Of a stretch of DNA of 64,000 nt, positions 24,986 to 37,300 are shown piece by piece. The stretch comes from Amoebophrya sp. A120 (taxonomy: Eukaryota; Protista; Dinoflagellata): contig CAJINV010000007.1 of the NCBI GenBank assembly GCA_905178155.1, positions 1,841,151 through 1,905,150 of the forward strand, read 5' to 3'. Every line of letters starts with the position of its first letter. Position 1 is the first letter of the stretch. The translations under genes and the position numbers were made by a program. The notes beneath the pieces were generated by a model. That model saw only the letters and a list, made by a program, of their open reading frames with translations, was not told the DNA's origin and did no database searches.

Positions 24986-26058
24986 GAGCGGGGTCACAAA
25001 TTCAATCCTTAGGTCCGCACCGGACTTACGGACCACCCGGCCGGGTGGTCCTTAGGTCCGGTGCCCAAAAAGTTACTTTACGTAACTCCACAAGCTGCAG
25101 CAGCTGAGTCGGCAGAACTCTTACACGATATTCTGCATGTTAATGCTATTCATTTTCTGCATGAAGGGGCGGCTCTATGCCATAGGCTGTTCTGACGTAG
25201 CGCAAGAAGCTTCTTCATATGCACTAGGAAGGACTTCCTATTTGATTTGTGAAGCTATTTAGAAAGCTTCGCTTTTGATTTTGCATTGCAGTGCATTCGC
25301 CTTTCGCTAAAAACGTCACCCGTTGGCCGACGTCGTTCGCGCAGGCACGCCGACGTCGTTTGCGCAGGCACAGCCACAATTGTATCGGGAATGGCGGCGC
25401 CGCATGAAAATCAGCCGGCGCAGCGCCAGCGTCACCGCCACCTCTTCCTTCGCGACACGGTGGTGACGACCTCGACGCGGTGGTTTGTGACGTTGGTGTG
25501 ACTTGTCCGGCAAGTCGCAACGCAAAAACCACACCTCGCAACGCAAAAACCACACCAACGTCGCAAGCCACCGCGTCGAGGTCGTGGTCATCACCGTGTC
25601 GCGAAGAGGTCGTCATCACCGTGTCGCGAAGGAAGAGGTGGCGCCGTTCCCGATGCGATTGTGGCTGTGCCTGCGCGAACGACGTCGGTGTGCCTGCGCG
25701 GCCGAAACGACGTCGGTGTGCCTGCGCGAACGACGTCGGCCAACGGGTCCCGTTTTTAGCGGAAGCAGGCGAATACAGAAACTCAAACCCCTGTAAATGC
25801 ATACACTGCAATGCAAAATCAAAAGTGAAGCTTTCTGAATAGCTTCAAAAATCAAATTGGCATAGAGCCGCCCTTCATGCAGAAAATGAATAACGTGCAG
25901 AATCTCGTATAAGAGTTCTGCCGTCAGAGTGGGACTCAGCTGCTGCGGCTTGTTGAGTTACGTAAAAGTAACTTTTGGGGCACCGGACCTAAGGACCACC
26001 CGGCCGGGTGGTCCGTAAGTCCGGTGCGGACCTAAGGATTGAATTTGTGACCCCGCTC
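24986..26058. mobile_element. Non-autonomous foldback/MITE (1073 bp), 3-bp TSD CTA, PIF/Harbinger-like
   Basis: gagcggggtcacaaattcaatccttaggtccgc at the left end and its reverse complement at the right end. The arms stay complementary for over 400 bp. cta flanks both ends. Confidence 0.9.
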
Positions 26059-28182
26059 CTATCATTTTGCCTCGTCTTCAACTTCATGATCGATGCATTA
26101 TAGACGACGAGACGACTACGAGTACGACGTCGGCGAGGAGGCTCAGAGTACAACGTTCAAAAAAAAATCGACATCAAGAACAGGCGATAAGAGCTACGAA
26201 TATTTTTAAACCTCTACATCGAAGAAACAAGCATACACTACTCCTTTTTTTTGCATTTGGATTCCCGAAACCAGCATGCTACCGGGTCGCTGAGGATCTT
26301 CAATGCCTGTTGTGATACAAAGACCAAGACCAAGATTGTACAAGTAGGAAGATTTCGAAAAAAAAAGGCGACAGGAAAACGGAAAAATTTCGGAAAATAT
26401 GGTTCCAGATGGACGTAAATAACGAGCTGGTCCTGGTGCTGTGGCGTGAGTGGTCAGAACATGATCATGTTGAAAAGGCGAATAGCAATGGGAACAGAAT
26501 TTGCATTTGATTGCTCCTACAAAAGACATCAGCAGCACGTGCACGTACCCCCTATGATCTGGGACGACAAACGCCGCCTAGCGCTGGTGCGTGGGCCACG
26601 GGTATTAAAAATCACGATGTTCTTCTGATATCAGTATGATCGGCAGTTTTGATTTTGTGGGCCGACGTCTCCTATTTTCGTTCTCCCTTGGTTTTGTTCA
26701 CGTTTTTCGAAACGAAATTGGTTCAGTTTGTGTTAAGTATGTTGTTTCGATGTCTTTTGTCTTGTCTTTGCTTCCTCGCTGCAAGTGCTACGATGCGGCT
26801 CGCCGCGTAGTCTGTTCGTCTCCGTTTTGTGCTCTGGTGGATCTGGTACAGGGTTAACACTTTCAAGGAGTACCCCTTCGATCGTATGTTTTGCGTTTTC
26901 TACCAGCAACGTTCCCGTCTGCTTCTGATTCGCTTCCCCTGGTGCAGGCACGGACTACAGTAAGTAGAAGTGCTTCATACTTGATAGTTCTTTACGTTTC
27001 TTCTATATTCAGAAGCAAAACAAAATGAGGAACAGGCCTTCCACGGCGTTGGCGTGCTTGCTCGCGCCGTGTTTTGCGGCAGCAGAGCGATTTTGGTTGC
27101 ACCGAGTGGAACGGTTGCCGGAACCCAGAACGTTCGAAATTGTGCACTATCACACGGTAAGATTGTCGTGATTGTTGCACTTCCTGCAGCGTCAGAGTGA
27201 AATCGTTGGCTGCACTGATGCTTAACATCTTAGATATCTCGGAAGATAATGAAATAGAAGTAAGAAATAAGTTGATGCACAACTTGCCGTTCGTAAGGAA
27301 ATTCATCAACACACGATAATTATGCAGGTGGAAGCCGGCGCAGAAGTTTCGTTGCAAGGTCCAATCGCATTAGAGGGAATAAGGGAAAAGCTTGACTATC
27401 AGACCACAACACTTTTCATCTCGTCGGCGTTTCATGGTGTCTCCGACACTGTAGCTCTAGCAAGACAAGCGACTCTTGATTCTGCAGAAGAACTGTTTGC
27501 TTTTTGGTTCTTGTGATGACGCACGATGAATTGGATTATGATTGAATCAAATAATAAGTCTGCTGCTGAAGAGATCTCGACCGCCGTACTATGAGTCGCA
27601 GAATGTTGTGCTTGGATAGCAGCACTAAGATTCAACTGCACCTCCTACACTCTTCCTTGATGGGACATATTTCAGCCGACCACTTCTCTATGAAAGAAAA
27701 AAAGTTGTAGAAGTAGACAACGTGATTTGATGTAAAGTTGGTTTTGGAAGGCCACCATGACGTGCTCGTGCCGGCGCCCGTGCTACTTGACCCAGACTGC
27801 ATTGCTGGACGAGTACGCGAGAGACAAGAATACAAAGAACCAAGGCCGCTTTGCGGCTTTTGCGCTTTTGCTTCCACTTTAGCTGTACTTGTAAGTACCC
27901 CGTTAACGGCCTTCTAGACGTACAACTTGAGCCGATATTTAGTTAGTTCACAACTTTTTTATTTTTTCTTTCATTTTCCGTTGCTCAAAGCAGGACGTCG
28001 CGGAGAAAAAGTACGATGAAACTTTTTTTTTGTTTTGTCAGCGGATGAACACAAACAACGCCTGATGTTTGTTGAATGCAAATCCGCGAGACCGACAGCA
28101 GGTGCAGGACCACAGCTACGCTCGCACACGATGATCGGGAGGAACAGAAACATCTCCACGCAAATACGAACAAAAAAATCAG

Positions 28183-30151
28183 GTGCGCCACCGAGGGAAC
28201 CCTGATGCTGACAGACGGACCGGATGCGTTAACGTTAGACGCAAAAAGCTTCTCGCCGTCCCGAATGGACCAGTACGCGCCATGGAAAGTGAAGACGACG
28301 GGCCTGTATTTCCTGGCCATCAGTAACTGCGGCGAGACAGACTTCAGCTCCGGAAAGTTTACGTCAGGTACGTAAAAAAGCGTATGCTCATAGTTCTTGA
28401 CGGAGGAAGTGAGTGTCGCTCAAGGAGATCATTAGAGCACCGCTTGGAACGTAAATAGAAGTTGTTGTAATTTGAATTTCGCTCGACCACGATGAAGATT
28501 CTAGTCATACAACACTTCTTGCATCAATTCTGCTCAACTACAGGTGAGATATCAGTTATGACCAAGGCTGGGTATCTGCCAGCAGAAGAAAAGCCGATAT
28601 GAAGACCGAAAACCCATCGAGAAATAATAGAGGTCGCATCAGTTTCAAATCATGATCGACTGTTCACGCTCGTCATTTTCGTGACACACTTCACGCATCG
28701 AAAAGCAAAAGATGCTTCTTTTCTGTCGTACCCAATGAAGCGAAACTGATGCCGAGGAAATAAATTTTCTCCCTTTATTTCGTTTCCATACCAAAAGATG
28801 GCCTTTTACATGTATCTGGCACTGGGTTACGTGGGGTTGCTTTGCTGCTGGGCCGCTTACTGTTGGGCGTGGACAGATGTGCTGTTTTTAATCCATCACT
28901 TCATTTCCTGCGCGCTCATCTGCGGTGCCTTAGAGGTACTTAAAAAAATGACTGCAGTAGAATCTTTGTTTATTTTCACCACAGGCGCGGCGTTATATGC
29001 ATATAGGCTGTATGCAGCTACGACGAATGAACATAAAAGCAATGCATTTACGAGCAGATGAAAATCACGCAATCACACTCACCCCAGGCGACCTGTTGGT
29101 TTACGTCGCTTGCTCATTGGAACTGGACCGGACATCGGTGGTGGTCAATGATCGCGCTGGCAACTTTGGTATTCTGTGCAAAAGTATCGTAGTCGTAGTA
29201 ATCGCAATCATGAATTACAAATCTCCATCCCAAGGTAAAACAGCATGACAAATTTCATTTGGCATGCTGAGTGATGCGATTCATACTAGTACGATGCTTT
29301 TGCAATGCATATTTGGGCACGACGATTAAGCAGGGAGTCTGCTACGCACTGCTCTTGCTGGCCTGTTTGGGCGTAGGAGTGACACAACCGAAACCATCGA
29401 CAAAAACAGTACTTGACTAATTTTAAGTCCAGCATGAAGAACAACAACAACAAGGGAACACCAATTATGATTTATCTTCACAGAGTAATTATAATATATC
29501 CGTCTCGCACCGCGAATTGTAAACAGTAGGCTGGACCTCGTTCTTTCGGGAAAGGGAATTTAGCTTCGGCTTGAACTTGTTCTTGTTCTATCCGCAACTC
29601 CGTCACAACAGTTGATGCAGATTTTCGCACTCACCGTGGCCTTTGTGGTAACTGACACGTACCGGCAGTTCGCGATGGCGGAGCGCAGCACCGTCGGGTC
29701 GGACATGACCACTTTCTCCACCGTGCTCGTCGTCGCACCTGGTTCGTTCTTCGTGTCCTGTCTCTACGTCTGGATCCTCCAAGCCCTCCAAGAGACCATT
29801 TCCGAGCTGAACTCCACAAAACAAATCGTGAAGGCGGAACTCTACCGGTACCTGCGGCTCGCACTCGGGAGTGTTTGCGCGGTGGTCATCGCGTTGGTCG
29901 CGTACGAAACGGCGGTGGTCAGGCAGACAGATTTGTCCCAGAACTGGGACAGCAGGTGGATCTTCACCGACGCGGCCTCGCACTGCATGTTCTTCTTTCT
30001 CAGCATGGTGTTGATGTACCTGTGGCGCCCGAACGAAACCTCGCAGCAAATCGCGTACTCGCAGCAAATCGGGGACGACGACGGGATTGAGTTGGGCAAC
30101 CGAATGGACATGGACTTGGACGAAGAAGAGGGGGTTTCCACTTTGGAATAA
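28183..30151 (+). CDS. TMEM87/GPR107-like (lung seven-TM receptor, GOST family) protein; 5' exons lie upstream and are unresolved
   Basis: VKTTGLYFLAISNC, GYLPAEEKPKMAFY, IHHFI, YALLLLACLGVGVTQP, WILQALQETI..L...KQIVKAELYR and MYLWRPNETSQQIAYSQQI. Confidence 0.85.
28598..28790 (+). mobile_element. Decayed introner (193 bp) with degenerate TSD (GCCGA/CCAAA)
   Basis: tatgaagaccgaaa...tttcgtttccata with an internal IR gcatcagtttc/gaaactgatgc. Removing the element plus 5 nt gives AEEKPKMAFY in frame. Confidence 0.75.
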
Positions 30152-31360
30152 GATAATTCAAATTTTTTTTGCAGCTGCCAGGACGAGCTGAACAAAGACA
30201 GTCACGACAGTCTTTTTTTTCCCATTCGCAGTCAGTTCCGCAAATTTCGTTACCTTCAGGAATTACTTTACACAACAGTACGGTGGCAGGTTTTCACTTT
30301 CCGTCCACGCAAAGCCATCCGGGCGCGCGCGTTATTTTCTTCCTAAGGAAGTCTATTTCATCGGACTCCTCACCCTGACCCTGATGAGGTGGAGTTTTCC
30401 GAGATCGTGAGAGCCGCAGTCATCAATGCACATGTATACGTAGCGCTTCTGCTCTACTTCTGTAAGTATTGTAAATTGGGGTTGGGCACCACCAGCAATG
30501 TGCGGTCTAGTTCTTCGCGCGGCTAGTAAACAGAAACAGAAAGAAGTACCTCCACACGACTACTATGAATGTGGCCACTCATTATATAATCCCAAAAACA
30601 TCAAGACGCCACGACTGGCTGGTCTTTTTTTCAAGTCTGTAGGGTAAAAAAGAAACGAGGCTTCAGCTTCGTTAGTATCAAAAGATCTGTCGTGCAAACA
30701 AACGATGAAGTAATGTAATTTCTTCAACGGCTTCTAGAAAATGGTGATGGTGGAATGCTTGCGTAAATAGAAATACCATAATCATCGCAACCTAACCAGA
30801 AGTGGGTGAAAATGGCGCGCAGCTTCTTAGTGATGTTCAATTGCGCTTCTACTTGCAGCTTGGCACTAGTGCTGCTTCGGTCGTCCGTTTCTGACAATCT
30901 AAAGTCGTTGCATCGTTGACGCTATTCTCGTCGTCACCTGGGTTTTTTAGTTGTCGTAAAAAGTTGGTGATATAGGGTAAAAAAAGGGCTGTGACAGCAC
31001 TGGGAAGGGTAGAGGCGGCGGGCATTACGTTTTGCCATTTATACAATTAGCATGCTGTAGCGAGATAGCTCTTTTGCGAGTTCGATTTTCTCCTGATGAA
31101 AATTTAGTGACTCTACTGGAAGATAGTTGTTGTCCGAGTTGTAGACACCAACAGTACGCTGGAAATAAAAATACAGAAGCGCCTACTATAGCTGCTTCTT
31201 GTGGAATACCTTCTGTATGAGTATGTGTCTATGTCTGTACTAGCCAAGAGCTGGGTGTCTGCATTTCCGCTTGGTTCCACGAAACAAAGTGCTGGCCTGG
31301 AATAAGGGAGGTAGCTGTATGAATGTGTATGTGTATCACGGCTTCTTCATAAAAAATCAA

Positions 31361-34300
31361 AATGAATTCGAAAAAAGCGATTGGCGACCGCCTGACGCAG
31401 CTCGCCGCGGACCTTCGCAAAAAGCAAGCGACAAAATCCGTCACCTACATCTCGAAGTCCCTCGATCAACTCGCACCGAGCGTCGAAAACACGCCGCATA
31501 TCAAGGAGCTCTGGGAGGAATTGCGGGGCTACATTCGAATCGGCTATTTGCAAAAGGCAGCGTATCTCCGTCGAAAGAATGATGTTACAACCAGTGCATG
31601 ATAGAAGCGGATTTTGGATCTTTTGGTTTTGTCATGCCGTTGTACCTGAAAGTGTATTGCTACAGCTACAGCTACACTTTGAAAATAATACGTTGAATCA
31701 TTGTGTTGCAGTGCTAAAAGAAGTAATCGAAAACGAAATGCAAATGACAATGCAGAACAAATCCGTTTCTGAGCCTCTTTGTAAGCAGCGGTATTCGTAT
31801 TTTCTTGTCGGTTGATACAGCGCACCTCTGCGACATCATCGCGCTGACATGGAGACACTTGGATCCGGTATCCAATATTTTCCTTCAACATTTATTTTGC
31901 TCGGTCGGTGACAGATGATTCATTTCAAAACAGCCGAGCGATCGCGCACCCTCATTGGAGCTCATCTTCCCGAACAACCATGATTGACTTCAACCTTTTC
32001 CTCTTTCCAGGTATCCGTGACTTCCACAACTGGGGTCACGCTGGTCGGCTCGGCCTTGCTCGAGCCTTCCGAAGCTTCCAGCAGAGACACGCACTTCTCG
32101 TTCGTGAAGGCCAGCCATGTTCCATCCTCGAGTGCACAGCAACTTCGTGGCAGCCCAGGCCTTGGGCAACATCAAGGAGAAGGTGAAGGTGAGTTGTCTG
32201 CAACCAGCAGTAATGTTAAAGCGAGCAGTCCGCTCTACAACACCAGGGGGAGCCGACAGGTCTATGACCGGGTCATGTCTCCGAAGCTCGGTGTGCGAAG
32301 GCGCGCACTCGACCCGCCGACGGCCATGGTAGTCGCCTCGCCGATGTATTTGACGCGGAATTATTCTCCTACTTTATCAACATCTACTCACGAAAATAAG
32401 TCGAAACCAGGGCCGGCCGTGCCCCAAGAGCAAGAAGTGCAAGCTCTTGCGACAAGGACGTGGTCAACAACACCCGGAACTGTAGCTTCTGCTTCCCCCG
32501 TCGTCGCAGCAGTAGATCTGCACCCAAGGAGTGACGCTCCGGTAGCCTCCGCCATGCCTCTAGTACCGGTAGACGAAGAAGGAGAAGACGCTGGTCAAAA
32601 TCTTAAACGAAATGAGCTGCAAAGTGGCCGGCGCGGCGGACCGGGTGAGCGTCGACGGCCACAGCCTCAGCCAGCGGTGCAAAACGTGTTTGAGAACATG
32701 TTGACGGAGCACGAGCTGGAAGAGGAGCGGCTACAAAACAACGAAGAGTACGTGTTAGAGCATATTCTGGACAATCGGCACTACAAAGACATCGACGTGG
32801 AGGCTTTCATGCACGACCACACGAAGCGACGGAGTAGGGCCGCGGATGCAGCTTCGGTGAACAAACAAGGGCTGAACAGTACCTATCAAGAGGAACAAGG
32901 TAAAGATCTGTACCTCCAGACCCTCCGACGCAAAGCGGACAAAGCGTCCACCGGGTTCAAACATGATGCTTCCGTGGAAATCGACGAGGTGACGCTGCAC
33001 GCGGACACGATTACCCGGCAAATACGCTTGGAAAACGAGTACAACGTGCAGCAACGGTTACTCGAGTTGAAGAGGCAGCGGGAGGAGAGAAGTAGAAGCG
33101 CTGCTGGGGCGGACGAGAATGCATTGCTCGAGAAACGGAGACTGGAAGAAAAGCTCGATTACGAGAAACGGATGGTGGAGCACAACGCGAGACACACGGT
33201 AACCAGTGTGGTGCGGAAGCACGTACAGACGAGTACCAAAGTATGGATGCGTCAGAGTTGAAATCGACTAAGTTGAAATAGTTTGTCACGCATGAAATGC
33301 AAGGCATGAAATGCCTGTCTTGCCGGGTTGGCAAGTGAGGCCGACTGTCAGCCTGTTTAGGATTTGAAATAGAGCTGCTAAAGTAGCATGACAAAAGCAG
33401 TCGTCTGTGCCCAAACAGCATGACAGACTGGATTCCGGTGCTCGGCAAATTTGTCATGCACCGCTTAGAAATTGGGCTTCCAACTGGTATCGAGTTTATG
33501 CATTACAAGTTGTTTCAACTTTGTCTTTGACGATTTCAATCCTGACGCTTCCATACAAAGAGGTGATTTCAGCGGAGCGCGAACTCAGGGAGCAAAGCCA
33601 TTACTTGCCAAGGCCGCAAACACAATTATCGGTTCAGCAGCAGCCGACAGAGGCGAGTTTGCCGCGTCGGCGGTCGAGCACTAGGTCGTCGCCCAAATCC
33701 AGGTCCCGGTCGGGGTCGAAGTCTAACATGTCCTCTCCGAAAATGAAAAATAGACCCGAGCAGGGACGAGCAGGTATAGGACGTTCCGGTAGCCGTAGAA
33801 GCCGGAGTCCATCTCATCTTCATCTACAGCGAGGTGGAACTGGAAGCCAAACAAGGGACGTCGCCGACGAGCGCGTTCCCCGCCCCGTTTGGAACAGCAG
33901 GGTGATCGCGCCGAGCCACTTTGATCCGTACCACAAAACCTCCCCGTCCGCGAACGACCTGGATTTTGCAAGGGAACTGCTCTTATCCTGTGCAAAAATA
34001 TGATCGCACTCGTACTAATTGCATTTATGCATTACGAATCTCGTTCCCGTGGCAAATCCGCATTTCATACAAATTCAATTTGTAATGCTGAGCCAATTTG
34101 TATTGCAATTTATACTAGTACGCTACTTTTGCAATTCATAGCTCTCCGCAGCGCACCGGCGCGCGGGGACGACCACTGCCGGTCACAGTCATCACCACGT
34201 ACATCATCCATCGCACTGGAAACACCCGGGTACAGTGCCGAAAAAGCACCGCGGCGCCTCACGATATTTGCACGACCCTACAGAAAGGAGCGCTCGGGGT

Positions 34301-37300
34301 GGTGCTGCGCATTATTCCCGAGGATCTTCGGGAAGTCGCAGCTCTTCTCCCGGTCAGCAGAGCAGGAGTGTTGGGGGAAAATCTTCAAGCGCCAGAGCTA
34401 ATAGCCGCAGCGGCAGTCCACCAGGTCGTGCTTCATCATCTGCAGGCACGAATATTAAAACAAGTACCAGATCGACGATGCAACAGATCATGCACGGCCG
34501 TCCAGCCAGCAGGTCCAGATCTCCGGGGGCGGGAACTGCTGGTCGTGGTGCTAGTAGACCTTCACAGGAGCAAGAAGGACCGTATCCTGTTTCACAATCA
34601 GCTTCGCGGGGTAATTCCAGCTCTCCCCCACCTCCGGGCTTTGAACAAAAAACTTTCGCGGCCAGCCCGACCAACGGGAGTGCTGTGCAAGATGGTCGGC
34701 GAGCAGCGCCAGTAGAATCCGCTTTCGTGGTGCTGCTTTCGCCATCAAGAAACAGCTCTGTAAAGTCGAACACAGTGCTGACACACGACAAAACGGTCTC
34801 GGTGCAAGTTCAACGCACAGCAGGAGGAGCAAAAAGCGCAAGTGCAAGGCAAAGATCTCCTTCCCCCCTCCCGCTTACGACAGTCGCGGAGCAAGACGTC
34901 GTGCGACCTGCTGCAACAACCAGCAAGGCAACGTCGAGCGCTGACCCGATCTTCAACGGTAACCAAAACGTGATCACCGCCACCCCGGTGCGTTCCCGCG
35001 GTATGCTGGACATGGGAAATTCGTCCATCCCCACCACCGTCACCATGATCGTCCCTCCGTCCGACCGCGACATTAACGCGCCGCCTCCCCACGTGATTGT
35101 CGATCCGTACCCCGTCGATAGGCAGACGGTGAACTACCCGGGAAGTAGGGATCACCCGCAGGTCAGCTTCGCGAAGCGCGATTCCGCGTTGCTACACTCC
35201 GCGCGGCCGATCCCCGGCCCGCCCATGACAAGCTTCATTGAGAACAACGAGTTTGTGGATACCCAGGAGAAGCTGGACGGCAGTCGAGAAGTGTTGACGA
35301 CGGCGCAGAGGATTCAGGTGCGCGAGGTTCGATCGCGGTCTCCCAGTGCCAGTGTGAGGAGCTTGGACAAGAGTGGAATGATATCTGCGAGATCTGGAAC
35401 TGCGGGAACAGCAATTATGGAACAGCAAAACGACGACCAACCGACGTGGCGCAACCCGTTCTCCGCGCGATCCCGACCGGAAGAGTGGGCGCAGGTTTTA
35501 ACGTTGGAATCGAAACACCGGATCTACAGCCGGACTCCGCGAGGGGACTACGAACTGAACGAAGCGCTTTCTGTCGAAGAAAGGAAAAACCTCAGCGAAC
35601 AGCTGATCCCCGCGTTCCCCGGAGCGCACTACGCATTGCAGGCCAGGGGTGGAGGGTTCACGCACATTTCGTCTTCACCAGTAAGTGTGACGAAGAGCAG
35701 TGCTGTGGCCGTGAGCATGAAAAATGCGCCGGAAAGTTCTAGTGTGCTGATGGCGGAGGCGGCGAGATTGGCAGCTGCTGCACCTCTTGACGTTCTTGAA
35801 GATGAAGAAAGAAAAAACCGGCAGACGGCAGTGGCAAGACCACGACAGGAAGATGCCGCACAGCAAGAGGAGGTGGAGGCGGATAATAGGCGAGGGGCTG
35901 GGAGAGTGAACTACCGAGCTTCGTCTGCAGCAAGCCAACAGCACCGCTCCGCGGCGCTGGTGCACCCCGAGTCGTTTATCTGTCCACCGAAAAGTGACGG
36001 TCTTGTTGGGACGTCATCTGAGGTACTGGCACAGTCGGCAACTACCAGCCCCTTTCCTCCTCTGCTGGGTCTTGCTGAAGACGCAACAGCACCAGGCGAA
36101 ATGAAAGTAGAAGGAGAAACCGCAACCGCATCCGCACCCACTGTAGGTCTTGCCGTAACAAGCCCTCCCGCTCCACCACGGATGAAAAGCGGGGCTGGGT
36201 ACGTGGTCACGATGCACCCCGATCCGTTGTTGATCGACGAACGTACCAGCCGGGTTCCCATGACGTTTTACGAAGAAAGACACTCGGAAGTCGACGACTT
36301 GTTGCGCCAGGTGGAAGAGCTCGAGTTGTCGAACCTGCATCAGCCAGGTGGAAAAAAGCATGTTCTTCCAGGGGAGCAACAAACACCTCCATCAACATCT
36401 TCAGCTCAGAAACAACACAACTACAGCACCAGTGTCCTAAAGGCGGAAGCCGGTGCGCTGGTGTACCATCGGAAAAAGGCGGAGGAGTATTTCCAGCATA
36501 GAACTTCAAACAACTATAGTCGTGGTACAACGTCGCCGCTACTAGCTGCGCAGGAGGGGCGGGAGCGATATAACTCATCTGGTGCGAGGACGTCGCCACT
36601 CTCTCAGCAACTGAAACTGTCTGCGTCCCGCGGGGGCTCCCGGTCCTCTTCTCCGAAAAAGCAGACTCGCTCGACTCCGGGCAAGATGTCGCCGAGCAAG
36701 ATGAAGGGCCGGCGCATGCCATGGGAAGCGAAGGATGCGGGGGAAGCCTTCTCCGCGAAGGACGACGCTGATTTTGCGGGGCCAACATCATCTTCCAGCG
36801 TGGTCTCTGGCAACAGAAATGTAAACTCGGCTGCTTCTTGTGCAGCAACGGCCTCTGTCGTGCCGTCAGTCAAAGTTCAAACTCTTATGTCCCCGATGGA
36901 CCAGCAACTGACTGCGGAGGAGCAGAAGCAGAACGCAAAACAAAAAGCCGATACTTTCCTGGAGCTGAAATCCAAAGCCTGGGCGGCGAGACGAGAGGCA
37001 GCTGCATTTACCGCAGCAGGAGAGACATCAAAGCAAGATGCTGCAGGGGGTCCTAGAAGTACAACATCAACAGACTACCAGAACTACAAGAAAGCCGCTG
37101 TTGCTTCCTCTGCATCTGGTCTTCCTGACGAAATAGGCAAGATCTGGGTTTCCTCGAAAGACAGCGAGCCTGCGATATCCGGAACAACGACCACGACGCA
37201 ACTTTTAACCGCGAAGAATCTGATCCAAAACATCGGCTTAGGCGCCAAGCCACTCACCTCCGCTTGGAATTTCGCTAGTGGGAAAATGAATTCACTTGCA

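Noticed and set aside
25300-25760. CRISPR-like short repeats
   Set aside because: They are internal repeats of a foldback element with no unique spacers, in a eukaryotic context.
23600-27900. Scattered exon-like blocks, possibly another gene or the 5' part of the TMEM87-like gene
   Set aside because: Could not assemble a reliable gene model by eye.
33241-33560. GT...AG reading of the 33242 introner
   Set aside because: It would remove 320 nt rather than 319 and frameshift the gene.
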